Virus record (IMG/VR): IMGVR_UViG_3300023092_000047
Coordinates: 1 to 36,962 of that record
DNA length: 36,962 nucleotides
Reading direction: 5' to 3' (one strand)
DNA from: a virus
Taxonomy: Duplodnaviria > Caudoviricetes
The notes below the pieces were generated by a model. It ran no database searches and had not been told where the DNA came from. It saw only the letters and a list, made by a program, of their open reading frames with translations. The position numbers were made by a program, and so were the translations under genes. Positions 1 to 8,281 of this stretch are shown here, in pieces. Each line of letters starts with the position of its first letter. Position 1 is the stretch's first letter.

Positions 1-46
1 TGTTATTGACTAATTCGTATTGGTAGTCGTGCGGGGTTATTGTCAT
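1..46 (-). CDS. N-terminus (MTITPHDYQYELVNN) of the SF2 helicase whose remainder is at 35623..36962
   Basis: ATG overlaps the primase TGA (ATGA at 43-46). PHDYQ resembles the Q-motif that precedes SF2 motif I. The frame continues into KKYLSILVQLATGGGKT at the window end. Confidence 0.8.
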   Translation of the reverse strand, partial: MTITPHDYQYELVNN

Positions 47-1002
47 TGTTTAGGTTTTAATCGGTCTAAAATGTAGTCACATAAATCGTATCCTTTTTCG
101 CTGCTTTTCATAGCGCGCATAGAATAATTCGTATCTGGCATTAGTTGCTGTAACTGCTCTATTTTTTCTTGCCAGCGTTCTTCTGCCCCTAAGTCCGGGT
201 AAAGCGTTACGTTTCTTCCTTTAAGTACTTTGCAACGTTTATAAGTTAAGTTAGTCAAGCTACCGGTTGCAAGCCAAATGTAATTAGGGTAAGCTATTGA
301 AGCGATTATGGCAGTCTTTTCAGATTCTACTATACATACTGATCTGTCTGGGTATTTATTGAGCAAATGTTCCCCGAATAGGCATATTTCGAAGTTGTAA
401 CCGGGTATACTCAGAACCTTGTGAACCCATGTAATTAAAGGCTTAGGTTCCTTAACTCTCTTACCTGTTTCCTGATCGTATTGCATTATCTTACCAGATC
501 TTATCAACCCCCGGTTATCTTCGTACCAAAACACTACTGCGCCAGGCCAATGCTTCGATGAACTAACGTGGTAATCGATATAGCTATCTGGGTAAACCGA
601 CCATAGCCACTTCATAAAATTGTTATCATAACGTTTTAGGTTGTTCATTGCATTCAGGAACGCTCCGCGATGGAAGTAGCTAATTATAGGCTCGGTGTAA
701 GGTTCAGGTTTATACTCTGGCTGTATCGTTATATTTTGGAAATCTGCGCACCATTGAACAGCTTCCGGCTGCGGTATACCTTTATGAAATTGAACGAAAT
801 CTATAACGTCCCCCGATTTCCCGCAACCGAAGCACTTAAATATGTTCTTTGACGCGGATACAGTGAACGACTTCGATCGCTCGTTATGAAATGGACATGT
901 GGCTGTATAATTAGCCCCGTCACGCTTTAATTCTATGAAATGGGATATTACCTTTACTATATCACAATTCTGCTTTACAGACTTTATTTCGGCTGTTGTC
1001 AT
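43..1002 (-). CDS. DNA primase-like protein: N-terminal CHC2 zinc finger plus DUF6371/Toprim-like domain
   Basis: CPFHNERSKSF...FKCFGCGKSGDVIDF zinc-binding motif; CLFGEHLL...IVESEKTA...LYPD Toprim-like motifs. Start moved to MTTAEIK (1002), which overlaps the upstream stop. Confidence 0.88.
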   Translation of the reverse strand: MTTAEIKSVKQNCDIVKVISHFIELKRDGANYTATCPFHNERSKSFTVSASKNIFKCFGCGKSGDVIDFVQFHKGIPQPEAVQWCADFQNITIQPEYKPEPYTEPIISYFHRGAFLNAMNNLKRYDNNFMKWLWSVYPDSYIDYHVSSSKHWPGAVVFWYEDNRGLIRSGKIMQYDQETGKRVKEPKPLITWVHKVLSIPGYNFEICLFGEHLLNKYPDRSVCIVESEKTAIIASIAYPNYIWLATGSLTNLTYKRCKVLKGRNVTLYPDLGAEERWQEKIEQLQQLMPDTNYSMRAMKSSEKGYDLCDYILDRLKPKQ

Positions 1003-1130
1003 AAAGTTTCCAACCATTCATTGAACATCTTATTAAGTTTACGAGGGTATTTATCTTGTAGCTCTTTCCATTTGGCTACCTGGCATCTGAGTGATGGCTT
1101 AAATGTTGGTTCTTTCTTTTTGCGTCCCAT
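999..1130 (-). CDS. Small basic protein, 43 aa (MGRKKEEPTFKPSLRCQVAKWKELQDKYPRKLNKMFNEWLETL), possibly a ribbon-helix-helix-like DNA binder; not in ORF track
   Basis: Translated by hand. A-rich leader; stop overlaps the primase ATG. Confidence 0.6.
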   Translation of the reverse strand: MGRKKKEPTFKPSLRCQVAKWKELQDKYPRKLNKMFNEWLETL

Positions 1131-1148
1131 GTTATTTGTTTTTACCCC

Positions 1149-1173
1149 GAAACCCCGCCTTGTTAGGGCGGGG
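1149..1173 (-). terminator. GC-rich hairpin, possible weak intrinsic terminator
   Basis: CCCCGCC (1153-1159) pairs with GGCGGGG (1167-1173), just past the stop of 1186..1431; only a short U tract. Confidence 0.4.
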
Positions 1174-1185
1174 CGGGTTGTGTTT

Positions 1186-1431
1186 TTATCTTTGTAATAA
1201 TGGGTTTATTATATAACCGTCGTTTTGTATTTCCTCTACAGTGTTAAGGTCGTGATCCAAGCCGCCAACCAACCAATTCTGATTAATTCCTCTAAGGTGA
1301 ACATTGTCTGCGAAAACAACCGAATATGTGCCGTCGTCATTAATTCTAGCTTTAACCTTTTGGCCTACAAATTCATTTTGCCAAGCGTGAACGTTTTTTG
1401 ATTTTTTGATAATTAAGATTGCGAATGCCAT
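1186..1431 (-). CDS. Hypothetical protein, 81 aa
   Basis: Start reassigned to MAFAILIIK, downstream of the promoter at 1472-1502. Confidence 0.65.
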   Translation of the reverse strand: MAFAILIIKKSKNVHAWQNEFVGQKVKARINDDGTYSVVFADNVHLRGINQNWLVGGLDHDLNTVEEIQNDGYIINPLLQR

Positions 1432-1471
1432 AATTGTAAGTTTTAAATTTTGCTGTGCCTTATTGACAGAA

Positions 1472-1502
1472 CAAATATACAACTAATATTTGCACCCACA
1501 AA
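1472..1502 (-). promoter_or_regulatory. Bacteroidota primary-sigma promoter (-33 TTTG, 19 nt, -7 TATATTTG)
   Basis: Minus strand reads TTTG-tgggtgcaaatattagttg-TATATTTG, matching the TTTG-N19-21-TAnnTTTG consensus. Confidence 0.75.
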
Positions 1503-1544
1503 TAAATACAAGACAATATTATTTTAATGACATCTCTATGACAA

Positions 1545-2033
1545 TTACAATTCCATCTTAATCTCTCCGCGCTTAACCATACCCCGTATCGAACTTTCAG
1601 TTAACTTCGCGTCCGGCTTCATATCACCTAAATACTGAACAGTATAGATCCCTTTGTCAACCGCTTTGAAATATAATCTCCCAGCATCGCCAGACCAAAC
1701 CTGTGCCTTTAAAGGCAGTACCACGTGATCAACTTCAACAACCGGAACAATCCTACCCCGCAATTCAGGGGAATATTCTTTACCTGGCAAATATTCTGCT
1801 CCAATGCTTGCCTGAATAACGAACGCAAATTTATTGATTAAATGCCGAACATGTAAGTTTTCCGCTGCCATATCCATATGGTCGGGCGGAACGATGATAG
1901 CGGCCTTTAGGGCATCAACTTTATACGGTATTGATTTGGCTGTCATAGCGATATATTCGATCTCTTTTGCGTTGAACAGGCACACCGTTTCTGGTATGCC
2001 GTCTATCAATTTACCTTTTCGTTTCGCTACCAT
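1545..2033 (-). CDS. Hypothetical protein, 162 aa
   Basis: ORF overlapping its upstream neighbour in a tightly packed operon. Confidence 0.7.
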   Translation of the reverse strand: MVAKRKGKLIDGIPETVCLFNAKEIEYIAMTAKSIPYKVDALKAAIIVPPDHMDMAAENLHVRHLINKFAFVIQASIGAEYLPGKEYSPELRGRIVPVVEVDHVVLPLKAQVWSGDAGRLYFKAVDKGIYTVQYLGDMKPDAKLTESSIRGMVKRGEIKMEL

Positions 2034-2245
2034 GATAATTTGAATTTATCTGTTCCGAAATCGTTAATTAACTCTACGTTTATACCCTCGTTTCGTAAAC
2101 GGTTAATCGCATAATCACCAACACGGATTCTTAACAGTTCGTTTTTGTGGTTCTGCGCCAATGTCATTAACTGGCTTCTGATCTGCCTGTACTCGATTGA
2201 TTCGGTACGCTCAGCTAGGATTGTTGATAATAGTTTTTTAGGCAT
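2027..2245 (-). CDS. Hypothetical protein, 72 aa
   Basis: Translationally coupled to neighbours. Confidence 0.65.
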   Translation of the reverse strand: MPKKLLSTILAERTESIEYRQIRSQLMTLAQNHKNELLRIRVGDYAINRLRNEGINVELINDFGTDKFKLSW

Positions 2246-2448
2246 TATACTTTTGATTTTAAGGTTATTGTTTTTGTCGATTCGTCGCTTAACTTGAAAA
2301 ATCCATCATCTAAAGCTCTGCTGACTTTCGTATAGGAAAATTTTAGTTGCTTAGCTATTGTCCCTATCTGCATCCCAAATGCAAAATAGCACTCGAATAT
2401 GTAGGCTTTCTCTGATAGATTTAATTTATGTTTGTTTTCAGTTTCCAT
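2245..2448 (-). CDS. Small helix-turn-helix protein (sigma region 4/Hin-like pattern)
   Basis: LSEKAYIFECYFAFGMQIGTIAKQLKFSYTKVSRAL fits the G-x-S/Q-x3-IA-x2-L-x2-S-x3-V-x-R HTH pattern. Confidence 0.7.
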   Translation of the reverse strand: METENKHKLNLSEKAYIFECYFAFGMQIGTIAKQLKFSYTKVSRALDDGFFKLSDESTKTITLKSKV

Positions 2449-2537
2449 CTACCCCCAAAGGCCGGATCAATGTCCAGCCTTTTGAAGTGTAAGAAGATAT
2501 TTAAATTTAATTTTTACGCCTAACTATTCTGATCCGG

Positions 2538-3428
2538 TTAGGCTTGCGGATACCCCATTTTAATGAGAAGTTCGTAAATATAATCCTTGCACATATGGGC
2601 TCTTTTTTCGATTAATGCCTGAGCTTTTTTGTCTGGTTTGAAAGTAAATGATTTTATCCTGTCTGATTCGGGTATCTCAATAAAGCTATCCTTAGTTGAT
2701 GTATTAAAAAACAAATCTTTAGCCTTATCAAATTGAGCTTTACTAAAAATCATGTTATTGGCTATTTTATATCTAGCGTCATGTAAAGGCTCCCATTTAA
2801 CAAACTTTTCAAATGTTTCAATAGACGCGTCAATAAGCGTATAGCATAAGCAAAGTTCATCAGACGGCCAAAGTATATCGTAAGATTGCAACTGCCACCA
2901 ATAGCGGTCATTTGGTATATCAAATTCAAACATCGGGAATGTGTCAAGCGACCATGAGCATTTATTATCATAGGTAACCCGATTATGGTGCAAATCGCAT
3001 TCACCCTCAACAAAGTCGTTTTTTCGTCGCTCGGTATTCTTATAGACCATGCCTAAATTAAGTTGCAAGGCCATTAAGGTAAACCCGTCCTCTTCGCTTT
3101 CATTGCCTTTGGCTACATACTTGTTTTTAAGATCTTCACGACGTTTATATAGGTAGTCTTTAAGCCACTTCTTGCAATGAGTTTTTGCCCCCTCTGGCAG
3201 CTCAGGATTGTCTCGTTTATAAACAAGTGTAAACATATCCAACTTTTGCTTATCGGTCAAATCTTTAGCTTTTGGTACGCCATTAGCGAAATCAGAAATT
3301 CGCTTGTTATAAATATCTAAAGTTTCTTTTTGCTTATCGGTTAAGCCGATTTCACCAGCGCAAATTTCAATAGTTGCGCTCGCCCTGATCTTAAATGAAT
3401 CGGCTATTTGCCTTGCAGTTCGTTCCAT
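2538..3428 (-). CDS. YqaJ/lambda-exonuclease-type recombination nuclease
   Basis: IRASA near the N-terminus, KGNESEE, GECDL...YDNKCSW (PD-(D/E)xK-like) and YWWQLQSY; lies next to an annealase-like gene. Confidence 0.8.
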   Translation of the reverse strand: MERTARQIADSFKIRASATIEICAGEIGLTDKQKETLDIYNKRISDFANGVPKAKDLTDKQKLDMFTLVYKRDNPELPEGAKTHCKKWLKDYLYKRREDLKNKYVAKGNESEEDGFTLMALQLNLGMVYKNTERRKNDFVEGECDLHHNRVTYDNKCSWSLDTFPMFEFDIPNDRYWWQLQSYDILWPSDELCLCYTLIDASIETFEKFVKWEPLHDARYKIANNMIFSKAQFDKAKDLFFNTSTKDSFIEIPESDRIKSFTFKPDKKAQALIEKRAHMCKDYIYELLIKMGYPQA

Positions 3429-4066
3429 TTCTCTTCGTAAAAATGTTTAATGTTCTCGGTTACGTGATCTTTTAATCCAGACATCGCGTCTAACGTATCT
3501 GCATTATCAATTAGCCTGACCATGCGGTCTTCCTCTTTAGTCCTGACCATTTCGGCTAACTTAGTATCCATCTGAAATGCAAGTACGTCCTTACGGTTTA
3601 GGTTAGCTCCGAAAATGTCCCCCAACTTGTCGGCTGCATCTTTGATAGCGATTGTTTCGGCTAAAGGGAACGCCATAGACAAAGCACCGTTGTTGATGTT
3701 TGCGAGGTCTGCAGGTGATGTGCCTTTTGCAGTTTGCAACTGGATAGCCCCGATACCGTCGTGAAAATCCATTTCACCGGTAAGTAAGTCACGATACCAA
3801 AGCCGTATGACAACATACACCCCGTTAAATGCTGTACCCTCTCTCAATATCTCAATACGGAACTTTTTAAATAGCTTTTTAAGCAGGTACTCTATTTTCT
3901 CAATAGGCAGGTACTTATAGCCATTAATGTAAGGGTGAACTTTTACCCAGCTTGCTGGCGGTTGCTGATTTAGATAGTGCGATAACTGATCTTCTTTTAA
4001 TGCTAATCCAGGATTAGAGTATAGTTCCTGTATCGTTGGCATTTCTGGCTTTAGTGCTATTTCCAT
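3404..4066 (-). CDS. Single-strand annealing protein, Rad52/Sak-like
   Basis: YKYLPIEKIEYLL...FHDGIGA...ETIAIKDAADKLGDIFGANLN resembles the Rad52/22 core; coupled to the exonuclease. Confidence 0.7.
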   Translation of the reverse strand: MEIALKPEMPTIQELYSNPGLALKEDQLSHYLNQQPPASWVKVHPYINGYKYLPIEKIEYLLKKLFKKFRIEILREGTAFNGVYVVIRLWYRDLLTGEMDFHDGIGAIQLQTAKGTSPADLANINNGALSMAFPLAETIAIKDAADKLGDIFGANLNRKDVLAFQMDTKLAEMVRTKEEDRMVRLIDNADTLDAMSGLKDHVTENIKHFYEEKWNELQGK

Positions 4067-4069
4067 AGT

Positions 4070-4246
4070 TTATTTTAATTCTTTACTTAATTCAATCATG
4101 TAAGGCTTAATGATATTGCTAATTGCATAAGACAATGCCGCGCCAATTTCCTTACCTGTTTCGGTTTTAAATTCTGTTGTTGACATTTCACTGAATTGAT
4201 CGAATATTTTACGTATCAGTTGTTTGTCGTGGTCGGTGTTTGACAT
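4070..4246 (-). CDS. Hypothetical 58-aa accessory protein (MSNTDHDKQLIRKIFDQFSEM...ELSKELK); not in ORF track
   Basis: Translated by hand. Fills the gap and has its own -7-like element, TAAATTGC, 3 nt before the ATG. Confidence 0.65.
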   Translation of the reverse strand: MSNTDHDKQLIRKIFDQFSEMSTTEFKTETGKEIGAALSYAISNIIKPYMIELSKELK

Positions 4247-4278
4247 AGCGCAATTTACTCAATAGGTACGACTAGTTT

Positions 4279-4296
4279 TGTAACGATGTAGTTACT
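4279..4296. promoter_or_regulatory. Palindromic operator TGTAAC-gatgta-GTTACT
   Basis: 21 bp from the -7-like TAAATTGC (4250-4257, - strand); 17 bp are identical to 28783-28799. Confidence 0.7.
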
Positions 4297-5194
4297 GTAG
4301 TGATTTATAGGCTTCAATTATTTTCTGGAAGTAAGATCCGCTAAAGCACTTTTCTGGAGTATTGAATGTTATTGCCGCTTTGCTAACTGTAATGTCACCT
4401 CCGGTATGCGTTATAACGATATGTTTAGGCTTATTCTGCTCTTTACACCACTTCTCTGCGGCTTCTTTGGTTGAGAATGCTTTACTTTGTGAATGTCCAT
4501 CAACTACAGCGTGGTTTTTAGCCAATGGACTACACTCGTCTTGAACCCATTTCGGGAAATTGGTTGCATCATAATGATACACTCTATAGTATGTATCCCC
4601 CTCATAAAGCGGTACACCATCTTCACTAGTCATAACGAACACCGGAACAGTGATGCCTACTTCGGAAGCGAAGTCTGAGAATGGGATTAAAAGACGATCT
4701 TTAGATAATTCCACATCATCCCATAAGAACTCGTTTTCGTACCAAATAGCGAATGGATATTTTCTATTTGGTATATAAAGAGAAATAGGATCTTCTCCAC
4801 CGTTCCACGTCCAGCCTTTAGAGTGCATATGCTCCATCAGCAACTTAAACTCGCGTTCGTTGTTGACTTGGATTGCGCATTTACCGGATAGGATGCTATT
4901 TTTCTTATATGAGTTCGTGCAGTCAGTACATACGTTAGGTTGCCCATCCGTTCTTAGAGATAAGTCTTTTTCTCTTTCGCAGTCGGCACATTCAAAAGTT
5001 GCAAGCACTATTGTTGCCCAGTTCATACGCGAATCTTTTGGGTCGTAAACGCATTTCGAATTACCGTCCAATATTCGGCCTTCATCATTAAATTGGTATA
5101 CCCCATTTAGAGTTATTTCGCCGCCACCCCACTTCACAACAGTCCCATCTTTGTAGTTATCATACGCATATTTCAGCAATTCATGTTTTTTCAT
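4292..5194 (-). CDS. Mosaic hypothetical protein, 300 aa, with an internal CxxC...CxxC
   Basis: Long ORF; CADC...CTDC is a possible Zn site. Confidence 0.75.
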   Translation of the reverse strand: MKKHELLKYAYDNYKDGTVVKWGGGEITLNGVYQFNDEGRILDGNSKCVYDPKDSRMNWATIVLATFECADCEREKDLSLRTDGQPNVCTDCTNSYKKNSILSGKCAIQVNNEREFKLLMEHMHSKGWTWNGGEDPISLYIPNRKYPFAIWYENEFLWDDVELSKDRLLIPFSDFASEVGITVPVFVMTSEDGVPLYEGDTYYRVYHYDATNFPKWVQDECSPLAKNHAVVDGHSQSKAFSTKEAAEKWCKEQNKPKHIVITHTGGDITVSKAAITFNTPEKCFSGSYFQKIIEAYKSLQ

Positions 5195-5195
5195 T

Positions 5196-5360
5196 TTATC
5201 TTGTTTTAGTTGTTTCCCACTGACTATTTCTAACCTTAATAACTCCGCATTTATCTAGGCAACATAAAGTTACCATGACGATTAGCATTGCAGCCACGTA
5301 TTGAACGAACGGAATAGGCCGCGTGTTTGTGTCTTGTTTTATGAATTTCTCTTTACCCAT
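5196..5360 (-). CDS. Small single-TM protein, 54 aa (MGKEKFIKQDTNTRPIPFVQYVAAMLIVMVTLCCLDK...); not in ORF track
   Basis: Translated by hand. Fills the intergenic gap; stop lies 1 nt before the next ATG. Confidence 0.55.
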   Translation of the reverse strand: MGKEKFIKQDTNTRPIPFVQYVAAMLIVMVTLCCLDKCGVIKVRNSQWETTKTR

Positions 5361-5791
5361 TGTATTTTCCTATAAGACTCTTGTAATTCTTTTAACTTAT
5401 TCCACTCTTCTGGGTATTCCTGAGAAAACCACTTGTTTCTTGCTGATTCTATCACACAGTACTCTTCTTCGTCAAACTCTTTTATAGCCCACACAGGAGA
5501 ATTATCTTCTGTAAATTTTCCATTTAATGACGAATGAGAATAGTTCGGCCATCCGCCATTAATTAATTTATGAACTGCTAAACCTGCTTGATTTGACAGA
5601 AGAAATTCCGAGTTTTCTGTTGTTACTTTGACGGCTGGTATAAGAGCAAATTTATGTTTCCATTCTGCGCCAACTTTATTTTGGTGACATTCATAATTAT
5701 ACCAATAAAGTGGCTTCTCTATGTTTTCTGTTACATTTACATATCCGAATGTAACCTTTACTTTTTGGCCTTGCCATTGATAATTATTCAC
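5339..5791 (-). CDS. Hypothetical protein, 150 aa
   Basis: ORF in the early operon, overlapping neighbours. Confidence 0.7.
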   Translation of the reverse strand: MNNYQWQGQKVKVTFGYVNVTENIEKPLYWYNYECHQNKVGAEWKHKFALIPAVKVTTENSEFLLSNQAGLAVHKLINGGWPNYSHSSLNGKFTEDNSPVWAIKEFDEEEYCVIESARNKWFSQEYPEEWNKLKELQESYRKIQWVKRNS

Positions 5792-6008
5792 CTACCACCT
5801 CCATTCCTACTAGTTTAACGGCTCCGATTAGAGTAGCGCGGCATTTGTACCGCAAATCAAACAAAGCCTTTACCTCCGCTGGCTTTTCGCTCGGCATAAG
5901 TTTAAAATATTCATTTGATTCGATGCCTTTAAAATTTGCATCCGCTTCCTCAAAGTTGGCTATTGCTCTGTTGAGGTGTTCGATTGATTGTTTTAGGTTT
6001 TCTAGCAT
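5784..6008 (-). CDS. Hypothetical protein, 74 aa
   Basis: Coupled ORF. Confidence 0.65.
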   Translation of the reverse strand: MLENLKQSIEHLNRAIANFEEADANFKGIESNEYFKLMPSEKPAEVKALFDLRYKCRATLIGAVKLVGMEVVGE

Positions 6009-6289
6009 GGTGTTTCGTTTAAGGCTTTGATTAATGCGTCTGCTTGCATCACTTTATATATAGCCTCTAATTTTAAGAAAAACATTACTCTTTCCATTGG
6101 GCTAATAGGGATTTCTTCCCCAACTATTTGCTGCATAGTATCCGTAGATAATCCGTCAGCATTGCTATTCGATATAGCCGCAAAATATTCGCGTTTGGTT
6201 AGTCCGCCAAAATCTGTTTCAATAATTGCGTTTGGATCGGTATGGCTAGGCATTAAAGCCTGTGCCGGATCATTTCCATCTGTTTTCAT
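6002..6289 (-). CDS. Conserved phage hypothetical protein (GLTKREYFAA motif)
   Basis: The G(M/L)T(L/K)R(D/E)YFAA...ADAL motif is common in small phage early proteins. Confidence 0.7.
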   Translation of the reverse strand: MKTDGNDPAQALMPSHTDPNAIIETDFGGLTKREYFAAISNSNADGLSTDTMQQIVGEEIPISPMERVMFFLKLEAIYKVMQADALIKALNETPC

Positions 6290-6293
6290 ATTT

Positions 6294-6572
6294 CTACCCT
6301 TTAAGTATTACTTCGTTATAAAATCTGTTAGTTACTTTTTCCCAGTTTTCGTCTAGGTAGTCGGATGCTGATTGTGTTTCGCATGGTGCGCTTATAGCCT
6401 GACCATATTCGTCGCAATCAATAAGCTGATGTTCTACGTTCATGCCCCGTTCAACAACAAACGCCTCAATGCGTTCTGTCGGGATACTTTGGCTTTCTCC
6501 GTTCGTAAAGAAGAAAGTTGTTAAGCCTTTATATTCTTCTGTTGAGGCTAGGCCGATTGGTTTGATGCTCAT
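6294..6572 (-). CDS. Hypothetical acidic protein, first gene of the leftward early operon
   Basis: A-rich leader downstream of the promoter at 6594-6625. Confidence 0.7.
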   Translation of the reverse strand: MSIKPIGLASTEEYKGLTTFFFTNGESQSIPTERIEAFVVERGMNVEHQLIDCDEYGQAISAPCETQSASDYLDENWEKVTNRFYNEVILKG

Positions 6573-6593
6573 GTTGTTTTGTTTTTGTTAGGA

Positions 6594-6687
6594 CAAAGTA
6601 AAGCAAAGGAAACCAGACTAGCAAATTTATTTGTAAATAATTTTATTAAATATTTTATACAACTTATATGTATTATGCTTACATTTG
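6594..6687. promoter_or_regulatory. Divergent early promoter region
   Basis: Leftward TTTG (6622-6625)-N20-TTACTTTG (6594-6601); rightward -7 TACATTTG (6680-6687), 4 nt before ATG 6692; very AT-rich spacer. Confidence 0.65.
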
Positions 6688-6691
6688 CTTC

Positions 6692-6865
6692 ATGACAAAA
6701 ACAATTACAGAGAATAAGCGCAAACGTTTAGAACGGAATGAGCGCATTAAAGAAAGGTATAAAAAGGAAATGGCAGACGGTGGCATGAGTAGCGGTGTTA
6801 TTGCCGGGATCTGCAAGTCGTATAATATGACTGCGCCTACGGTTTATTCAATTATTAATAATTAG
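6692..6865 (+). CDS. Small basic HTH protein, 57 aa, in a Cro-like position
   Basis: ERNERIKERY...IAGICKSYNMTAPTVYSIIN C-terminal HTH; first gene of the rightward unit. Confidence 0.7.
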   Translation: MTKTITENKRKRLERNERIKERYKKEMADGGMSSGVIAGICKSYNMTAPTVYSIINN

Positions 6866-6871
6866 ATCGGT

Positions 6872-7291
6872 ATGGAATTACAAAACACATTAGAAAATAA
6901 AGCGAAGTTCTTTGCGCAGTATTGGGGTCAAGCGGTGATACAAGACGTGGATAATTCTGGCGTAAGTCAAATTTACCCGGTTGTTCAATCCAATATGTAC
7001 AGGTTTGAAGAAAGTATTTTACTACTCAAACCCCTTTCATCAATAACAGATGAAGATTTAGAACTATTAGTTCCTATCGTGCAATCAACATCTTATCATG
7101 GCTCATATCTTAAACCGAATATGGTTAAGCAAATTTTCAATGATTATTTAAATAAAGGGAGTTCCTTACATGGGACGCAATGGTGGCAGATGAAAGATTT
7201 CTTGCGCTCAAAAGGCTATGCCTTGCCTTACAACGGATTGTCTGTTGAAAAGCAAATTGAATACGGGTGGGTTAAACTAGCTACATCATGA
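6872..7291 (+). CDS. Conserved phage hypothetical protein, 139 aa
   Basis: LLLKPLSSITDED...DFLRSKGYALPY pattern typical of Bacteroidota phage proteins. Confidence 0.75.
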   Translation: MELQNTLENKAKFFAQYWGQAVIQDVDNSGVSQIYPVVQSNMYRFEESILLLKPLSSITDEDLELLVPIVQSTSYHGSYLKPNMVKQIFNDYLNKGSSLHGTQWWQMKDFLRSKGYALPYNGLSVEKQIEYGWVKLATS

Positions 7292-7368
7292 AACCCACAC
7301 ACATCGCAATAGCATTAATTTGCATCGGACTTTTGGTTTGGGTTGTAAAATATATGGAGACGACATGA
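7288..7368 (+). CDS. 26-aa single-TM peptide MKPTHIAIALICIGLLVWVVKYMETT; not in ORF track
   Basis: ATGA overlaps at both ends (7288-7291 and 7365-7368); hydrophobic core. Confidence 0.6.
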   Translation: MKPTHIAIALICIGLLVWVVKYMETT

Positions 7369-7553
7369 GAAGAAAAGTAGGTGACCGAGTAGAGGTCAAA
7401 AGCAGGTATTTCAATCCATACAACGATCATACGGGAACAATAGTAGAGATTGACGACCATTACCACGAATTTACAGTTGATTTCGACGAGGAATGGGGGG
7501 TTGATGGATTGAAGGTTTTTAATAAAGAAGAACTTAAAAGGGTTAAATCATGA
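7365..7553 (+). CDS. Small SH3/KOW-like protein, 62 aa
   Basis: KVGDRVEVK...HTGTIVEID...FTVDFD; start reassigned to the coupled ATG at 7365. Confidence 0.65.
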   Translation: MRRKVGDRVEVKSRYFNPYNDHTGTIVEIDDHYHEFTVDFDEEWGVDGLKVFNKEELKRVKS

Positions 7554-7885
7554 AATCAATAACAGAAATACTTGACCAGATAGCGCCTAAATACGGGTAC
7601 AAGGAGTATGTTCTTTTAGCTTATAGCCCAGGATATATTGGCACAGATAATTTGACAGCAGCGATACAAGAAGCAGCCGAAATTTATGCTAATCAGAGTA
7701 AGCAACCGCTGTCTGGTAAGGAAATAAGTAATCAGGCTAGTGCTATTTATTTTAAAAGGTACAGCGGATTTACTAGCGAACAAATACAGCTTGATAGAAT
7801 TAGAAGCCTGCAAATATCGGCTTTTAAGGAAGGCGCCAAGTTCGCAGAAAGACAGCTTTTAAACCCCCTCCAAAACCCGACCTAA
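7550..7885 (+). CDS. Hypothetical protein, 111 aa
   Basis: Coupled ORF; EAAEIYA and AFKEGAKFA motifs are frequent in phage hypotheticals. Confidence 0.7.
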   Translation: MKSITEILDQIAPKYGYKEYVLLAYSPGYIGTDNLTAAIQEAAEIYANQSKQPLSGKEISNQASAIYFKRYSGFTSEQIQLDRIRSLQISAFKEGAKFAERQLLNPLQNPT

Positions 7886-7895
7886 CAGATCATAT

Positions 7896-8078
7896 ATGAA
7901 CAACCTGAAAGCAAAAAGAGATAAAGCAGCAAACGATTTATGCTGCGAGGTTAGATATCAATTAGCTAACAATATTATTGATCAAGAAAAGTTACACTAT
8001 TTTTTAGTAAAATGGATGGAGTTGACGGGTAAAACGAAATATGAAAGACCGAAGTTCAAATCCCCTGAACCTTTCTAA
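7896..8078 (+). CDS. Hypothetical protein, 60 aa
   Basis: Last gene of the rightward unit, converging on the lysis cassette. Confidence 0.6.
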   Translation: MNNLKAKRDKAANDLCCEVRYQLANNIIDQEKLHYFLVKWMELTGKTKYERPKFKSPEPF

Positions 8079-8281
8079 ATCTCAGCCAATATATTACCTA
8101 GCACATCAACAACACGTTCCCCCAACTTCCTTGCTAAAAACGGCTTAATCAAAGGCCATACAGCAAGGAAAAGCAAACGTTTAACCCACCCCAATTTAGC
8201 TTCTTTAGCTAGATCCTGGGGTGTTACGTTTTCTAGTAAATCCACTTCGGCAACTAGTGATTCTATTTCTGAGCGTCTCAT
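8075..8281 (-). CDS. Small amphipathic protein ending the lysis cassette
   Basis: Coupled to the holin; basic/hydrophobic helix KLGWVKRLLFLAVWPLIKPFLARKLG. Confidence 0.65.
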   Translation of the reverse strand: MRRSEIESLVAEVDLLENVTPQDLAKEAKLGWVKRLLFLAVWPLIKPFLARKLGERVVDVLGNILAEI

